The notes under the pieces: model-generated
What the model saw: the letters and a program-made list of their open reading frames with translations, nothing else
The model's database searches: none
What the model was told of the DNA's origin: nothing
Translations under genes and position numbers: made by a program
Assembly: GCA_963716945.1 (NCBI GenBank)
Contig: OY970322.1
Span: 750,001 to 782,000 of the forward strand
Direction of reading: 5' to 3'
DNA: 32,000 nucleotides
From: Candidatus Saccharimonadota bacterium
GTDB lineage: Bacteria; Patescibacteriota; Saccharimonadia; Saccharimonadales; UBA4665
Part shown: in pieces, positions 7,508 to 17,227 of the stretch
Position numbering within the stretch: position 1 is the stretch's first letter
Layout: the number at the start of each line of letters is the position of its first letter

Positions 7508-7893
7508 CTAAGTCTTAGAGGCTACCTTCTTAGCCGTGCCGCCGACGGTAACCTTCTTGCCGCGGCGGGTACGGGCGTTGGTCTTGGTGCGCTGGCCCCT
7601 GGACGGCAAGTTGGCGGTGTGGCGGTAGCCGCGGTAGGATTTGATGTCCTTAAGCCGCTTGATGTTGCCGCTGACTATGCGCTGCAGTTCGCCTTCGACC
7701 ACGTAATCGGCGTTGATAACGTCCTGGATCTGGGAAATTTCGGCGTCGGTCAGGTTCTTAACGCGGGTGGTCGGTTCAACCTTGGCCTGGTCAGGATGTC
7801 ATTGGCGCTCTTCGGGCCGATGCCGTATACGTAAGTCAAAGCCACCCAGACTTGTTTTTCAGCGGGAATAGTAACACCGGAAATTCTTGCCAT
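7508..7893 (-). CDS. rpsM: 30S ribosomal protein S13, interrupted by a 1-nt deletion near 7788
   Basis: ATG at 7893 gives [35 protein letters not shown], then the frame breaks at ACC-AGGCC. The next frame continues [36 protein letters not shown]... into track ORF 7508..7702. Confidence 0.92.
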
Positions 7894-7896
7894 GAG

Positions 7897-8013
7897 CTAA
7901 CCTTGCCTCTGCTTATGCTTAGGCTTAAGCTTGTTGATAACATAAACCCGGCCTTTGCGGCGGACAATTTTATCATCTGGACTGATCTTCTTGACACTGG
8001 CACGCACTTTCAT
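7897..8013 (-). CDS. rpmJ: 50S ribosomal protein L36, cysteine-free (C-minus) form
   Basis: My translation is [38 protein letters not shown] (38 aa), below the track length cutoff. Canonical position between infA and rpsM. Confidence 0.93.
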   Translation of the reverse strand: MKVRASVKKISPDDKIVRRKGRVYVINKLKPKHKQRQG

Positions 8014-8019
8014 GCGGAT

Positions 8020-8042
8020 CATTGCTCCTTCCGGGAGCAATG
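8020..8042 (-). promoter_or_regulatory. perfect 9-bp hairpin in the infA-rpmJ spacer that includes the rpmJ AAGGAG Shine-Dalgarno
   Basis: Minus strand CATTGCTCC-cggaa-GGAGCAATG, then gatccgc ATG(rpmJ). Confidence 0.5.
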
Positions 8043-8062
8043 ACTCACTGCTCTTAATATAG

Positions 8063-8284
8063 TTAACCTTTGCGATAGGTGATTCTGCCCTTAGTGAGAT
8101 CGTAAGGGGTCAACTCGACCGTAACGCTGTCCCCGGGGACGATGCGGATGAAATGTTTCCGCATCTTGCCGGCGACATGAGCTATAATTTGATGGCCGTT
8201 CTCGAGCTCGACCCGAAATTGAGTCCCTGGAAGGGTCTCGATGATGGTGCCCGTTAGCTCGATTACTTCCTTATTGACTGCCAT
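8063..8284 (-). CDS. infA: translation initiation factor IF-1
   Basis: 73-aa ORF ...[60 protein letters not shown]. Confidence 0.97.
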   Translation of the reverse strand: MAVNKEVIELTGTIIETLPGTQFRVELENGHQIIAHVAGKMRKHFIRIVPGDSVTVELTPYDLTKGRITYRKG

Positions 8285-8302
8285 AAATATAACTAAGGTG
8301 TA

Positions 8303-8332
8303 ATTATAGCAGCCCGTACAACGGTTTGTAAA
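8303..8332 (-). promoter_or_regulatory. sigma70-type promoter TTTACA-18 nt-TATAAT upstream of infA
   Basis: Minus strand cccTTTACAaaccgttgtacgggctgcTATAATtacacc...; the -10 ends 18 nt before the infA ATG. Confidence 0.55.
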
Positions 8333-8404
8333 GGGTTTTTATTAACTCTAGCAGTTCCGGCCGCCCACGTGTCGGATCATCTATTTTTATGATACCACAA
8401 ACGT

Positions 8405-9925
8405 CTACGTTTTGTCAGGCTTGCCGGACTTCAGCCGGTTCTTCAGGCGCCCTCCGAAACGCAGCCGCCCGCCGCCAGGAGGCGCCCCGGCCCCGCTAAT
8501 GTCGGTATCGTAAAAGAAGTCAGGCTGCGAGTACTGGTCATAGGTAACCATCAAGGCCCGTGACTCGACGGCCCGGAGCGTCTGCAGCGCGACCGAAACC
8601 AGGATCAGGACACTGGTGCCGCCGATAGTGATACTGGTACTGATAAATACCTGGGCGATGATTGGCAGCACCGCCAGCAGGCCCAGGCTAAGGGCGCCGA
8701 AGAAGGTCAGGCGGTTAACGATCTTGCTAAGGTACTTCTCGGTCTGCTCGCCGCCGCGGACACCTTCGATGAAACCGCCCTGCTTATGGAGGTTCTCGGC
8801 TATTTCTTTGGAGTTAAAGGTAATACTGGTGTAGAAAAAGGTGAAGATGAAGACCAGCAGGAAATACGTTACCGGATAGATGTAAGCTTTCAGCCCCTCG
8901 GTCGCGAAAGTCGTGGCCGACGGCGGCTGGAACCAGCTGACAAGATTGGAGCCAAGGTGCGCCCAATGGGCGGTATGGCTGCCGCTAAGCAGCTGGCCGA
9001 CGAAACTGGGCACGCTCAGAAAAGCGACGGCAAAGATAATCGGCACCACGCCGGCGGTGATCAGTTTGACCGGCAAGACGGTGGTTATGCCGCCGTAAGT
9101 CCGGTTGCCCTGGACGCGTTTGGCATAATTGACCGTCAGGTTGCGGGCCGCTTCGTTGAGCATCACCACTAACCAGGTAACTATCAGGATTACCACCAGC
9201 ATTACCGCGCCGGCGATTACGGCATCGCGGTTGATCGGCAGCTTGTGGCCCTTGTACACCCAGTGGTGTCCGGTGTTGAGCGCGGCCCCGATAATTTGTG
9301 AAATTGTTGACGGCAGACGGCTGACGATACCGACGGTAATTATGAGCGATATACCGTTACCGATACTTTGTTCGGTTACTAGTTCGCCCAGCCACATCAG
9401 CAGCATCGAACCGCCGGTCAGGGCCGAAACCATCAGCACCCACTGCATGAGCGAGGCGTTGGCGGTAATATCGCCGATACCGCCGATCGATTGGGCGGCT
9501 TGCCGGATCAGGTAAATCGAGCCGATCGATTGGATGATAGCCAAGGGAAACGTCAGGATACGGGTATACTGGTTGATCTTCTTCTGGCCGAACTCGCCTT
9601 CTTTGTGCAGAGCTTCGAGTTGGGGGATAGCCTTGGTCAACAGCTGCATAATAATCGAAGCGTTAATGTACGGCCCCATACCGGCGATCATAATCGAGAA
9701 ATTGGCCAGAGCGCCGCCGCTCAGAACGTTGATGAAGCTCAAGAGCTGAGGAGTGTTGTTAGAATTAAACAGGTTTTGCAGGACCTGGTGGAGGGTCTGG
9801 GGATTGCTGAGAGGGACCGGAATATGAGCCAGGATACGGAAAATCAACAGAATGGCCAAAACGGCTAAGATACGTCCTCGCATATCTTTATGCGTCAGCG
9901 AGCGCATAATTATTTTCCAGTTCAT
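8405..9925 (-). CDS. secY: preprotein translocase subunit SecY with extended basic/Gly-rich C-terminus
   Basis: 506-aa polytopic ORF (…GALANFSIMIAGMGPYINASIIMQLL…) in the canonical position after rplO. Confidence 0.96.
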   Translation of the reverse strand: MNWKIIMRSLTHKDMRGRILAVLAILLIFRILAHIPVPLSNPQTLHQVLQNLFNSNNTPQLLSFINVLSGGALANFSIMIAGMGPYINASIIMQLLTKAIPQLEALHKEGEFGQKKINQYTRILTFPLAIIQSIGSIYLIRQAAQSIGGIGDITANASLMQWVLMVSALTGGSMLLMWLGELVTEQSIGNGISLIITVGIVSRLPSTISQIIGAALNTGHHWVYKGHKLPINRDAVIAGAVMLVVILIVTWLVVMLNEAARNLTVNYAKRVQGNRTYGGITTVLPVKLITAGVVPIIFAVAFLSVPSFVGQLLSGSHTAHWAHLGSNLVSWFQPPSATTFATEGLKAYIYPVTYFLLVFIFTFFYTSITFNSKEIAENLHKQGGFIEGVRGGEQTEKYLSKIVNRLTFFGALSLGLLAVLPIIAQVFISTSITIGGTSVLILVSVALQTLRAVESRALMVTYDQYSQPDFFYDTDISGAGAPPGGGRLRFGGRLKNRLKSGKPDKT

Positions 9926-9960
9926 GGCTGTCTTTTACCCTCTTTAAATGTCTCCGCTTA

Positions 9961-9980
9961 ACTTACATTATACAGTAAGT
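9961..9980 (-). promoter_or_regulatory. 6-bp inverted repeat ACTTAC/GTAAGT enclosing an extended -10 (TGTATAAT); possible internal promoter for secY
   Basis: Minus strand ACTTACTGTATAATGTAAGT, 35 nt upstream of the secY ATG. No good -35. Confidence 0.35.
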
Positions 9981-9996
9981 GCCGGCGGTTGATTGA

Positions 9997-10473
9997 TTAC
10001 TTTTTGGCTTTTTTGGTTGAAGTTTTGGGCCGCGCCAGCCGGGCGGTCGGCTCGAAGGTGCCGCCGGCAGCCTGAATAGCGGCAATGGCCGATTCGCTGG
10101 CAGACGTGAGCTTGACGTTAACTTTCTTAGTCAGTTCGCCCTTGCTGATCAGTTTGACCTTAACGTAGGGGCTGCTTATCAGTTTGGCTTCGGCCAGCAG
10201 CGTGGCGTCAACCGTCTTGCCGCCGAAGCGTTCGAGCTGGCCGGTGTAGACGTTTTCCGGGGCCGGGCGGTGGCTGCGAAAACCGGGCAGCTTGGGCAGC
10301 TTCTGCATCAGCGGGTTGGAGCCGCCGGCAAAACCCGGCTTGGCGCTGGAACCGGTACGGGCCTTTTGGCCTTTGGTACCGCGGCCGGCGGTCTTACCCT
10401 TGCCGGCGGCGATGCCGCGGCCGACACGCTTGCTTGACTTATCTTTGGCGAGTTGTAGTTCGTGGTATTTCAT
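9997..10473 (-). CDS. rplO: 50S ribosomal protein L15
   Basis: 158-aa ORF MKYHELQLAKDKSSKRVGRGIAAGKGKTAGRGTKGQKAR... Confidence 0.96.
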   Translation of the reverse strand: MKYHELQLAKDKSSKRVGRGIAAGKGKTAGRGTKGQKARTGSSAKPGFAGGSNPLMQKLPKLPGFRSHRPAPENVYTGQLERFGGKTVDATLLAEAKLISSPYVKVKLISKGELTKKVNVKLTSASESAIAAIQAAGGTFEPTARLARPKTSTKKAKK

Positions 10474-10475
10474 AG

Positions 10476-11055
10476 TTAGACCTTAGCCTTGGCTTTCTTG
10501 GGAGCGGCCGGTTTTTTGGCGGCCGCGGGTTTAGCGGCCTTGGGGGTCTTGGCAGTTACCCAATCTTTGGCCGGTACCAGGCTCTGGAGCGCCTCGATGG
10601 TCGCGTAGGCAGTATTGGTCTTGTTGGACGAGCCAAGCGATTTGCTGAGGGCGTTGTGGACGCCGGCAACTTCCAGGATCGTACGGACCACGCCGCCGGC
10701 AATCAAGCCGGTACCGGGACTGGCCGGTTTGAGCAGGATGTGGGCGCCGCTAACCTTGCGCTTCGACTTCGTGCGGCAGCGTGCCTTTGTATAGCGATAC
10801 GGTAACGAAATTCTTTTTGGCGACTTCGGTAGCCTTGGTGACGGCGGCAGTAACGTCAGCGCCTTTGGCGCTGCCGATGCCGACTTTGTGCTTGCGGTCG
10901 CCGACCACGACCAGGGCTCGGAAGCGGAAGCGGCGGCCGCCTTTAACGACGCGGGCAACCCGGTCAATGTGCAGCGTCCGTTCGTCGAACTGCTTCTCTT
11001 CCTGTTGAATTTCGGGGCGGCGGTTGCGCCGTTCCTGGGGTTTCGTATCTGGCAT
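10476..11055 (-). CDS. rpsE: 30S ribosomal protein S5 with Ala/Lys/Pro-rich tail, interrupted by a 1-nt insertion near 10758
   Basis: Track ORF 10750..11055 (...[22 protein letters not shown]...TLPHEVEA) continues in another frame as [33 protein letters not shown]... (ORF 10476..10967). Removing one base restores consensus spacing. Confidence 0.92.
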
Positions 11056-11056
11056 G

Positions 11057-11416
11057 CTAGAACTCCAATCCTGCTTTACGGGCGGCGTCGGCCAGGGCGG
11101 CTACGCGGCCGTGGTATAGTTTGCCGCCCCTGTCGAAAACGACGGTTTTGATCTTGGCGGCTTTGGCTTGGGCGGCGATTTCGGTACCGACCCAGGCGGC
11201 TTTTTCGGTCATGGTGCCTTTGGCGGCTTTCTGGCCGACGGTCGTGGCGTAGCCAAGGCTCTTGTGCGAAGTGTCATCAACGAGCTGCGCGGTAACGTGC
11301 AGGTTGCTGATGAAAACACTCAGGCGCGGCCGCTTGGCCGTGCCGCTGACGACCGACCGGATGCGGCCTTGTCGCCGGGCGCGGTTATTTAATTTGTGGG
11401 CTAGTTGTTTACTCAT
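11057..11416 (-). CDS. rplR: 50S ribosomal protein L18
   Basis: 119-aa ORF ending ...[26 protein letters not shown]. Confidence 0.96.
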   Translation of the reverse strand: MSKQLAHKLNNRARRQGRIRSVVSGTAKRPRLSVFISNLHVTAQLVDDTSHKSLGYATTVGQKAAKGTMTEKAAWVGTEIAAQAKAAKIKTVVFDRGGKLYHGRVAALADAARKAGLEF

Positions 11417-11424
11417 GATGCTTC

Positions 11425-11964
11425 CTATTTGTCCTTGCCGCTTTTACCGCTCTTGCGGATAAGGCGTTCGCCTTCGTATTTGATGCCTTTGCCCTTGTAG
11501 GGTTCGGGTTTCTTAAGGGCCCGGATTTCGGCCGCGACCTGGCCGACTTGCTGACGGCTAATGCCGCTGACGGTGATAGTATTCTGTTCAGCCGAGGCCG
11601 TAATACCGGCCGGGACCTTATAGATGACGTCGTGCGAAAACCCGAGGTTGAGCTTCAGATCGGTCCCTTGGGCGGCCACGCGGTAACCGACGCCGTTGAT
11701 TTCCAGCTTTTTGCTGAAGCCCTGGCTGACGCCGGTAACCATATTGTTCAGCAGCGCGCGCATCAGGCCGTGCTTGGCTCTGATCTTAGGCTCGTCATTG
11801 GCGCGGGTGACGATCAGCTCGTCACCTTCTTGTTTGACGGCGATACCGGGCATCGTGAATTGCTTGAGCGTGCCCTTGCCGCCGGCAACGGTAATCTCAT
11901 TGTCGTCGATAGTGATTGTCACACCGCTCGGGATGGCGATCGGCAGTTTTCCTACTCGGCTCAT
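11425..11964 (-). CDS. rplF: 50S ribosomal protein L6
   Basis: 179-aa ORF MSRVGKLPIAIPSGVTITIDDNEITVAGGKGTL... Confidence 0.96.
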   Translation of the reverse strand: MSRVGKLPIAIPSGVTITIDDNEITVAGGKGTLKQFTMPGIAVKQEGDELIVTRANDEPKIRAKHGLMRALLNNMVTGVSQGFSKKLEINGVGYRVAAQGTDLKLNLGFSHDVIYKVPAGITASAEQNTITVSGISRQQVGQVAAEIRALKKPEPYKGKGIKYEGERLIRKSGKSGKDK

Positions 11965-12002
11965 GGATTTATCCTTACTTCTTCCTTAATATACTTTACA
12001 AA

Positions 12003-12386
12003 TTAATTCGCCGCCCAGCCGTTCCGAACGGCTTGCTCGCCGGTCATCAGGCCCTTCGAAGTCGAGATGATGACGATGCCGCGGCCGCGCTTGACGACCG
12101 GGATGTCCTGGGCGCTGACGTAGTAGCGCCGGCCGGGTTTGCTGAGGCGGACAATTTCCGTAATGCGGGCATTGCTGTCGTCAGGGTTAATCCGGACTGT
12201 CAGGGTTTTGCCGATTTCGGCGCCGTCGACGCTGACGCCGTCGACGAAATTGCTCTCTTGGAGCAAACGGGCAACCGATTCCTTAAGCTTGGAATACGGC
12301 AACGTAACCTCGCTCTTGTTCACCATAATGGCGTTGCGGATACGGGTCAGCATGTCGGCTATCGGGTCTGTCGAAGTCTTGCTCAT
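12003..12386 (-). CDS. rpsH: 30S ribosomal protein S8
   Basis: 127-aa ORF MSKTSTDPIADMLTRIRNA... Confidence 0.96.
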   Translation of the reverse strand: MSKTSTDPIADMLTRIRNAIMVNKSEVTLPYSKLKESVARLLQESNFVDGVSVDGAEIGKTLTVRINPDDSNARITEIVRLSKPGRRYYVSAQDIPVVKRGRGIVIISTSKGLMTGEQAVRNGWAAN

Positions 12387-12393
12387 ATATCCC

Positions 12394-12663
12394 CTACCAG
12401 CTGGCTTTCGTTATGCCAGGCACTTCGCCTTTGACGGCATGTTCACGGAAACTGAGGCGGCTCAGGCCGAATTGGCGCATGTAGCCGCGGGAGCGGCCGG
12501 TTTCGATGCAACGGTTGGTCCGCCGGGTCGGCGACGAATTGCGCGGCAGCGTGGCCAGGCCTTCCTGGTCGCCGAGCTCCTTGAGCTCTTTGCGCTTGGC
12601 GGCGTACTGGTTGATCATCTTGATGCGCTTGGCATCGCGGGCGACTATGGATTTCTTGGCCAT
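12394..12663 (-). CDS. rpsN: 30S ribosomal protein S14, long form without a CxxC zinc motif
   Basis: 89-aa [16 protein letters not shown]...[24 protein letters not shown]....KASW. Confidence 0.95.
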   Translation of the reverse strand: MAKKSIVARDAKRIKMINQYAAKRKELKELGDQEGLATLPRNSSPTRRTNRCIETGRSRGYMRQFGLSRLSFREHAVKGEVPGITKASW

Positions 12664-12664
12664 A

Positions 12665-13312
12665 TTATTTATCCTCCTTCTCGAAAGGCAGGCCGAACTT
12701 TTCTAGCAAAGCCCGGGCATGCGCCTTTTCTTCACAATTAACTACGAAAATCATCTGCAGACCGTGGGCGGTGGTCGTCTCCTCGAAACTAAGCTCCGGG
12801 AAAACCGATTGGTCGGTGAAGCCGAGGCTGTAATTGCCCTGGCGGTCAAAAGCTTTGGCGCTGACGCCATGGAAGTCGCGTAGCCGAGGCAGAACGACGT
12901 TGATGACGCGGTCCATGAATTCGTACATGCGGTCGCCGCGCAGCGTTACTTTAAGGCCGATCTTGTTGCCTTCGCGCAGCTTGAAACCGGCGATGGAATT
13001 CTTGGCGGTAGTCTGGACCGGTTGCTGGCCGGTAATCTTACGCAGGGTGTTGGTGGCTACTTCCATGATTTTTTTGTCGTCTTTGGCTTTGCCGAGACCG
13101 ATGTTAACCACGATCTTCTCGAGCTTCGGCGCCTGGTGGGGATTCTTGAGGCCCAGCTCCTTCCGGAGTTCGGCTGCCAAGGTAGCATTGTACTGAACCC
13201 GCAGGCGGGCGCCGGCTGTGGCAGCCTTAGCGGCCTTGGCCGCAGCCGGCGGCGTACCGCCCGGTTTAGCCGGTTCGGGCTGTTTGGCTGGCTTAGCGGT
13301 AGCGGTGGCCAT
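12665..13312 (-). CDS. rplE: 50S ribosomal protein L5 with about 35-aa Ala/Lys/Pro-rich N-terminal extension
   Basis: 215-aa ORF; core ...[39 protein letters not shown]... Confidence 0.95.
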   Translation of the reverse strand: MATATAKPAKQPEPAKPGGTPPAAAKAAKAATAGARLRVQYNATLAAELRKELGLKNPHQAPKLEKIVVNIGLGKAKDDKKIMEVATNTLRKITGQQPVQTTAKNSIAGFKLREGNKIGLKVTLRGDRMYEFMDRVINVVLPRLRDFHGVSAKAFDRQGNYSLGFTDQSVFPELSFEETTTAHGLQMIFVVNCEEKAHARALLEKFGLPFEKEDK

Positions 13313-13671
13313 TACTTGATCTCCTTGGAACTGCTCTTATATATACGGACCTTGTTGCCCTTGGCGTCGAGCTTGTAGCCGATGCGGCTGGGTTTCTTGG
13401 TGGTCGGCTCGACAATGCTGACTTTGCTGACCCAGATCGGCTTGGTGATTTCGACGATAGCGCCTTGGGGGTGCTGCTGGTTGGGCTTAACATGTTTTTT
13501 GACAATGTTAATGCCGTCAACCGTGACCTTGTTCTCGCTGGGGTGGGTGGCGGTGATTTTGCCGGTCTTACCCTTGTATTTGCCGGCCCGGACGACAACC
13601 AGGTCACCTTTCTTGAGGCGAATCTTGAAAGGCTTGGCGGCCAACTTGGACTTACGGGTTGAAATACTCAT
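13312..13671 (-). CDS. rplX: 50S ribosomal protein L24
   Basis: 119-aa ORF ...KIRLKKGDLVVVRAGKYKGKTGKI... Confidence 0.95.
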   Translation of the reverse strand: MSISTRKSKLAAKPFKIRLKKGDLVVVRAGKYKGKTGKITATHPSENKVTVDGINIVKKHVKPNQQHPQGAIVEITKPIWVSKVSIVEPTTKKPSRIGYKLDAKGNKVRIYKSSSKEIK

Positions 13672-14039
13672 TATAGTACCTCCGGCGCCAGTGAAATAAT
13701 CTTAGCGTAGCCCTGGTCGCGCAGCTCGCGCGGCACGGGTCCGAAAATGCGGGTAGCGCGGGGCAGCTTGTCATCGCCGATTATGACGGCGGCGTTGTCG
13801 TCGAACTTGATGGTCGAACCGTCTTTGCGCCGGATCTGGTTGCGGGTCCGGACAACAACGGCGCGGACAACCGACTTCTTCTTAACCTGGCCGTTAGGGC
13901 TGGCCTGTTTGACGGTGGCCACGATAGTGTCGCCGACATTGGCGTAACGCCGGCGGGTGCCGCCCAGCACGCGGATGCAAAGAATCTCTTTGGCACCGCT
14001 GTTATCACAGACTACGAGACGTGATTCCTGCTGAATCAT
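13671..14039 (-). CDS. rplN: 50S ribosomal protein L14
   Basis: 122-aa [30 protein letters not shown]... Confidence 0.97.
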   Translation of the reverse strand: MIQQESRLVVCDNSGAKEILCIRVLGGTRRRYANVGDTIVATVKQASPNGQVKKKSVVRAVVVRTRNQIRRKDGSTIKFDDNAAVIIGDDKLPRATRIFGPVPRELRDQGYAKIISLAPEVL

Positions 14040-14437
14040 GAGGCTGCCTCCTCTTCGGTTGCGGGTTGGCTGTCAGCTTTGGCCTTGGGGGCGGGCTTAG
14101 CCGGCTCGGCGGCGTCGGCCGGTTTGTTGGCTTTGGCCTTAGTGGCCGGTTTGTCGGGTTCGTCAGCTTTGGTCACGGCCAGGGAGTCGGCACGCAGCGC
14201 CGGCTTCTCGATGATGCGGGCCAGGACGTGGCGTTTACGGGCGCTCAGGGGCCGGGTTTCGGCGATAGCGACTTTGTCGCCCGGCTGGGCTTCGTTCTGC
14301 TCATCGTGGGCCATGAATTTCTTACTCACCGTGTACTGCTTGCGGTACAGCGGGTGGGTTTTGCGGGTGTGGACGGTCACGACGATAGTTTTATCGCCTT
14401 TGGCTGATGAGACTATACCGATAAGTTGCTTGGCCAT
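14036..14437 (-). CDS. rpsQ: 30S ribosomal protein S17 with Ala/Lys/Pro-rich C-terminal extension
   Basis: 133-aa ORF ...[40 protein letters not shown]... Confidence 0.95.
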   Translation of the reverse strand: MAKQLIGIVSSAKGDKTIVVTVHTRKTHPLYRKQYTVSKKFMAHDEQNEAQPGDKVAIAETRPLSARKRHVLARIIEKPALRADSLAVTKADEPDKPATKAKANKPADAAEPAKPAPKAKADSQPATEEEAAS

Positions 14438-14637
14438 TAGTTGGTCTCCTTGGTTAAGGCTTCGCCGAGAACGGTCAGCAGGCGGGCCAGATCTTTGCGC
14501 TTGGTGCGGATGAGCCGGTTGTTTTGAATTTCCCCCAGGTAAAGGCGGCGTTTCAGCTCGACGATTTCCTCGCGCAGGCGGGTGGTTTCGGCAGTCAGCT
14601 CGGCAGTTGATAGCTTGCGGATTTCAACGACTTTCAT
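14437..14637 (-). CDS. rpmC: 50S ribosomal protein L29
   Basis: 66-aa ORF in the canonical position between rplP and rpsQ. Confidence 0.93.
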   Translation of the reverse strand: MKVVEIRKLSTAELTAETTRLREEIVELKRRLYLGEIQNNRLIRTKRKDLARLLTVLGEALTKETN

Positions 14638-14641
14638 AGCT

Positions 14642-15055
14642 TTAAGCCTCCTCCCTTGTCAAAAACTTGGTCTTAACCGGCAGCTTGTGGGCGGCCAGGC
14701 GCATAGCCTCGCGGGCGGTCTCTTCGCTGACGCCCTGCATTTCAAACAGGATAGTACCGGGGCGCACCTTGGCGACGAAAAATTCGGGGTTGCCCTTGCC
14801 GCTGCCCATCTTCACGTCCTGGGGTTTGCGGGTCACGGCGATGTGCGGAAAAACCCGGATCCAGATCTTGCCGCCGCGCTTAATGTAGCGGGTCATCGCC
14901 TGGCGGGCAGCCTCGATTTGCCTAGAGGTGATACGCTCCTGGCCTTGGGCCTGTAAGGCGTAATCGCCGAAGGCGATGTAGTGGCCGCTGGTAGCCACGC
15001 CGCGGATGCGGCCCTTGCGCACCTTGCGGTGCTTGGTTCGTTTCGGCATTAACAT
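14642..15055 (-). CDS. rplP: 50S ribosomal protein L16
   Basis: 137-aa [22 protein letters not shown]... Confidence 0.97.
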   Translation of the reverse strand: MLMPKRTKHRKVRKGRIRGVATSGHYIAFGDYALQAQGQERITSRQIEAARQAMTRYIKRGGKIWIRVFPHIAVTRKPQDVKMGSGKGNPEFFVAKVRPGTILFEMQGVSEETAREAMRLAAHKLPVKTKFLTREEA

Positions 15056-15687
15056 TACGACTGCACCTCGCCTTTGTAAATCCAGACCTTGACGCCGATA
15101 ATACCGGCGACGGTTTGGGCGTTGACCTGGGCGTAATCAATATCGGCGCGCAGGGTGTGAAGCGGTACGCTGCCGGCGACTTCTTTTTCGCGGCGGGACA
15201 TCTCAGCGCCGTTCAGGCGGCCGGAAACTTCGATACGCACGCCCTTGGCGCCGGCCCGCATGGTGGCGGCGGCCGTCGACTTGATAGCCCGGCGGAAGCT
15301 CATACGCCGTTCCAGCTGGTGGGCGATGTTCTCGGCGACCAGCTTGGCGTACATGTCGGGCTTCTTGACTTCTTCGATGTTGACCCGGACCGGGACGCCG
15401 TAAATCTTCTCGATAGCGGCTTTGAGTTCGGTGGCGCCGACGCCGCCGCGGCCGATTACCACGCCGGCTTTGGCGGTCGCGATAGTAACGGTCACCAGAT
15501 TGGGCGTACGGCTGATTTCGACCTTGTTAATCGAAGCCCGGCTGCCGAGCTTGGATGAAATCAAGCGGCGGACCGCCAGGTCGTCTTTGAGGAACTTGGC
15601 GTAGTCGCGCTTATCGACGAACCATTTGCTGGTCCAGTCCTTGTTGACCTGGAGACGCATACTGATTGGATTGACTTTTTGGCCCAT
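15055..15687 (-). CDS. rpsC: 30S ribosomal protein S3
   Basis: 210-aa [26 protein letters not shown]... Confidence 0.97.
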   Translation of the reverse strand: MGQKVNPISMRLQVNKDWTSKWFVDKRDYAKFLKDDLAVRRLISSKLGSRASINKVEISRTPNLVTVTIATAKAGVVIGRGGVGATELKAAIEKIYGVPVRVNIEEVKKPDMYAKLVAENIAHQLERRMSFRRAIKSTAAATMRAGAKGVRIEVSGRLNGAEMSRREKEVAGSVPLHTLRADIDYAQVNAQTVAGIIGVKVWIYKGEVQS

Positions 15688-16088
15688 TACTTGCTCTCCT
15701 CGGTTTTAGCTGGCTTGGTTTCGGCTTTGGCCTTGGCCGGTTTCTTAACTTCTCGTTTCTCGCCGTCGACGACGACCTTAATGTGCGAGGTTTTACGCTG
15801 GAACGGCAGGGCGCGGCCGTGGGCGGCCGGGCGGTAGCGTTTCAGCCGCGGACCGGGCGTGACGCTGATTTCGGTAATCTGTAAAGTCGCGGGTTTGTAG
15901 CCATGGTTGTGGTCGGCGTTAGCCTGGGCGCTCATAACGGCCTTCTTAACGGCAGTCGCGCTGCGGCGGGGCGTATGCTCCAGGATCGTCAAGGCGTCGG
16001 CCACGCTGCGGCCGCGCACCAGGGCAGCTACCACCGCTACTTTGCGGGGGCTGAGTTGAACGCCTTTAGCTATTGCTTGAACTGCCAT
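15687..16088 (-). CDS. rplV: 50S ribosomal protein L22 with Lys-rich tail
   Basis: 133-aa ORF ...QLSPRKVAVVAALVRGRSVADALTILEHTPRRSA... Confidence 0.96.
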   Translation of the reverse strand: MAVQAIAKGVQLSPRKVAVVAALVRGRSVADALTILEHTPRRSATAVKKAVMSAQANADHNHGYKPATLQITEISVTPGPRLKRYRPAAHGRALPFQRKTSHIKVVVDGEKREVKKPAKAKAETKPAKTEESK

Positions 16089-16096
16089 AGTTATCC

Positions 16097-16369
16097 TTAT
16101 TTACCTTTCGCTAACTTGCCGCCGTGGGAACGGAACTTACGGGTCGGGGCGAACTCGCCGAGCTTGTGGCCAACCATATTTTCGGTGACGAAAACCGGAA
16201 CGTGGACCTTGCCGTTGTGGACGGCGATTGTCTTGCCGACGAATTCCGGCGCGATCGTGCTGGCCCGGGCCCAGGTCTTAATAATCGTGCGGTCATTGTC
16301 ACCAAGGGCATTTACCTTCTTGGCGAGCTTGAAATCTATATGCGGTCCTTTTTTGAGTGAACGGCTCAT
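16097..16369 (-). CDS. rpsS: 30S ribosomal protein S19
   Basis: 90-aa [18 protein letters not shown]...[35 protein letters not shown]. Confidence 0.97.
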   Translation of the reverse strand: MSRSLKKGPHIDFKLAKKVNALGDNDRTIIKTWARASTIAPEFVGKTIAVHNGKVHVPVFVTENMVGHKLGEFAPTRKFRSHGGKLAKGK

Positions 16370-16372
16370 GGT

Positions 16373-17227
16373 CTATCTCCTCTTGCTCGCGTGACGCGAC
16401 CTTACGATAAATTGGCTGGTGTTCTTGCGGCGGCGGGTCTTAAAGCCAAGCGTCTTCTGGCCCCAAGGGGTCTTCGGCGCGGCACCATGGTTCTTGCCGC
16501 CACCGATACCGTGCCGTCCGCCGTCACCGCCACCATGCGGATGGTCGGCAGCGTTCATAACGACACCCCGGACTGACGGCCGCTTGCCCTTGTGGCGGTT
16601 GCGGCCGGCTTTGCCGATCTTGACGTTCTGGTGCTGTTCGTTACCGATGACGCCCATCGAAGCCTTGCAATTCTCATTAATTAAGCGGACTTCGCCGCTG
16701 GGCAAACGAACCTGGGCGTAGCCGTTGTCACGGCCCATCAGTTGCGCGCTGTTGCCGGCGCTGCGAACCATCTGGGCGCCGCCGCCGACTTTCATCTCAA
16801 TGGCGTGAATAGTGCTGCCGACCGGAATATTCTTGAGCGGCAGCCGGTTGCCGGTTTCGATGGCGGCCTCTTCGCCGCTGACGATTTGCTGGCCGACTTT
16901 CATGCCCTGGGCAGCCAGGATGTAGTGGTAAGTCCCGTTGGCCTCTTTGATGCGGGCGATGCGGGCACTGCGGTTAGGGTCATATTCAATGTGCTCGATA
17001 GTAGCCGTTACGCCGTCGGCCAGCTTGAAGTTGACCAGGCGGTAGAACTTGCGCGCGCCGCCGCCCTTGTGTCGGGTCGTAATGCGGCCCTGGTTGTTGC
17101 GGCCGTTGCCGCGGCGCTTGGGTACCAGCAGCGAACGCAAAGGTTTCTTGGTCGTAATGCTGTCGAAGTCCTGCGTGGTCATGCCGCGCTGGCCGGGAGT
17201 CGTCGGGTTGTAAGTCTTAATAGGCAT
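16373..17227 (-). CDS. rplB: 50S ribosomal protein L2
   Basis: 284-aa ORF MPIKTYNPTTPGQRGMT...VRGVVMNAADHPHGGG.. Confidence 0.97.
   Translation of the reverse strand: MPIKTYNPTTPGQRGMTTQDFDSITTKKPLRSLLVPKRRGNGRNNQGRITTRHKGGGARKFYRLVNFKLADGVTATIEHIEYDPNRSARIARIKEANGTYHYILAAQGMKVGQQIVSGEEAAIETGNRLPLKNIPVGSTIHAIEMKVGGGAQMVRSAGNSAQLMGRDNGYAQVRLPSGEVRLINENCKASMGVIGNEQHQNVKIGKAGRNRHKGKRPSVRGVVMNAADHPHGGGDGGRHGIGGGKNHGAAPKTPWGQKTLGFKTRRRKNTSQFIVRSRHASKRR

Noticed and set aside
8340-8404. AT-rich imperfect hairpin (GGATCAT-ctattttt-ATGATaCC, about 8374-8396) as the secY terminator
   Set aside because: The stem is short, AT-rich and bulged. It is not followed by a U-tract on the minus strand. Transcription probably continues or terminates inefficiently here, so it is not supportable as a terminator.
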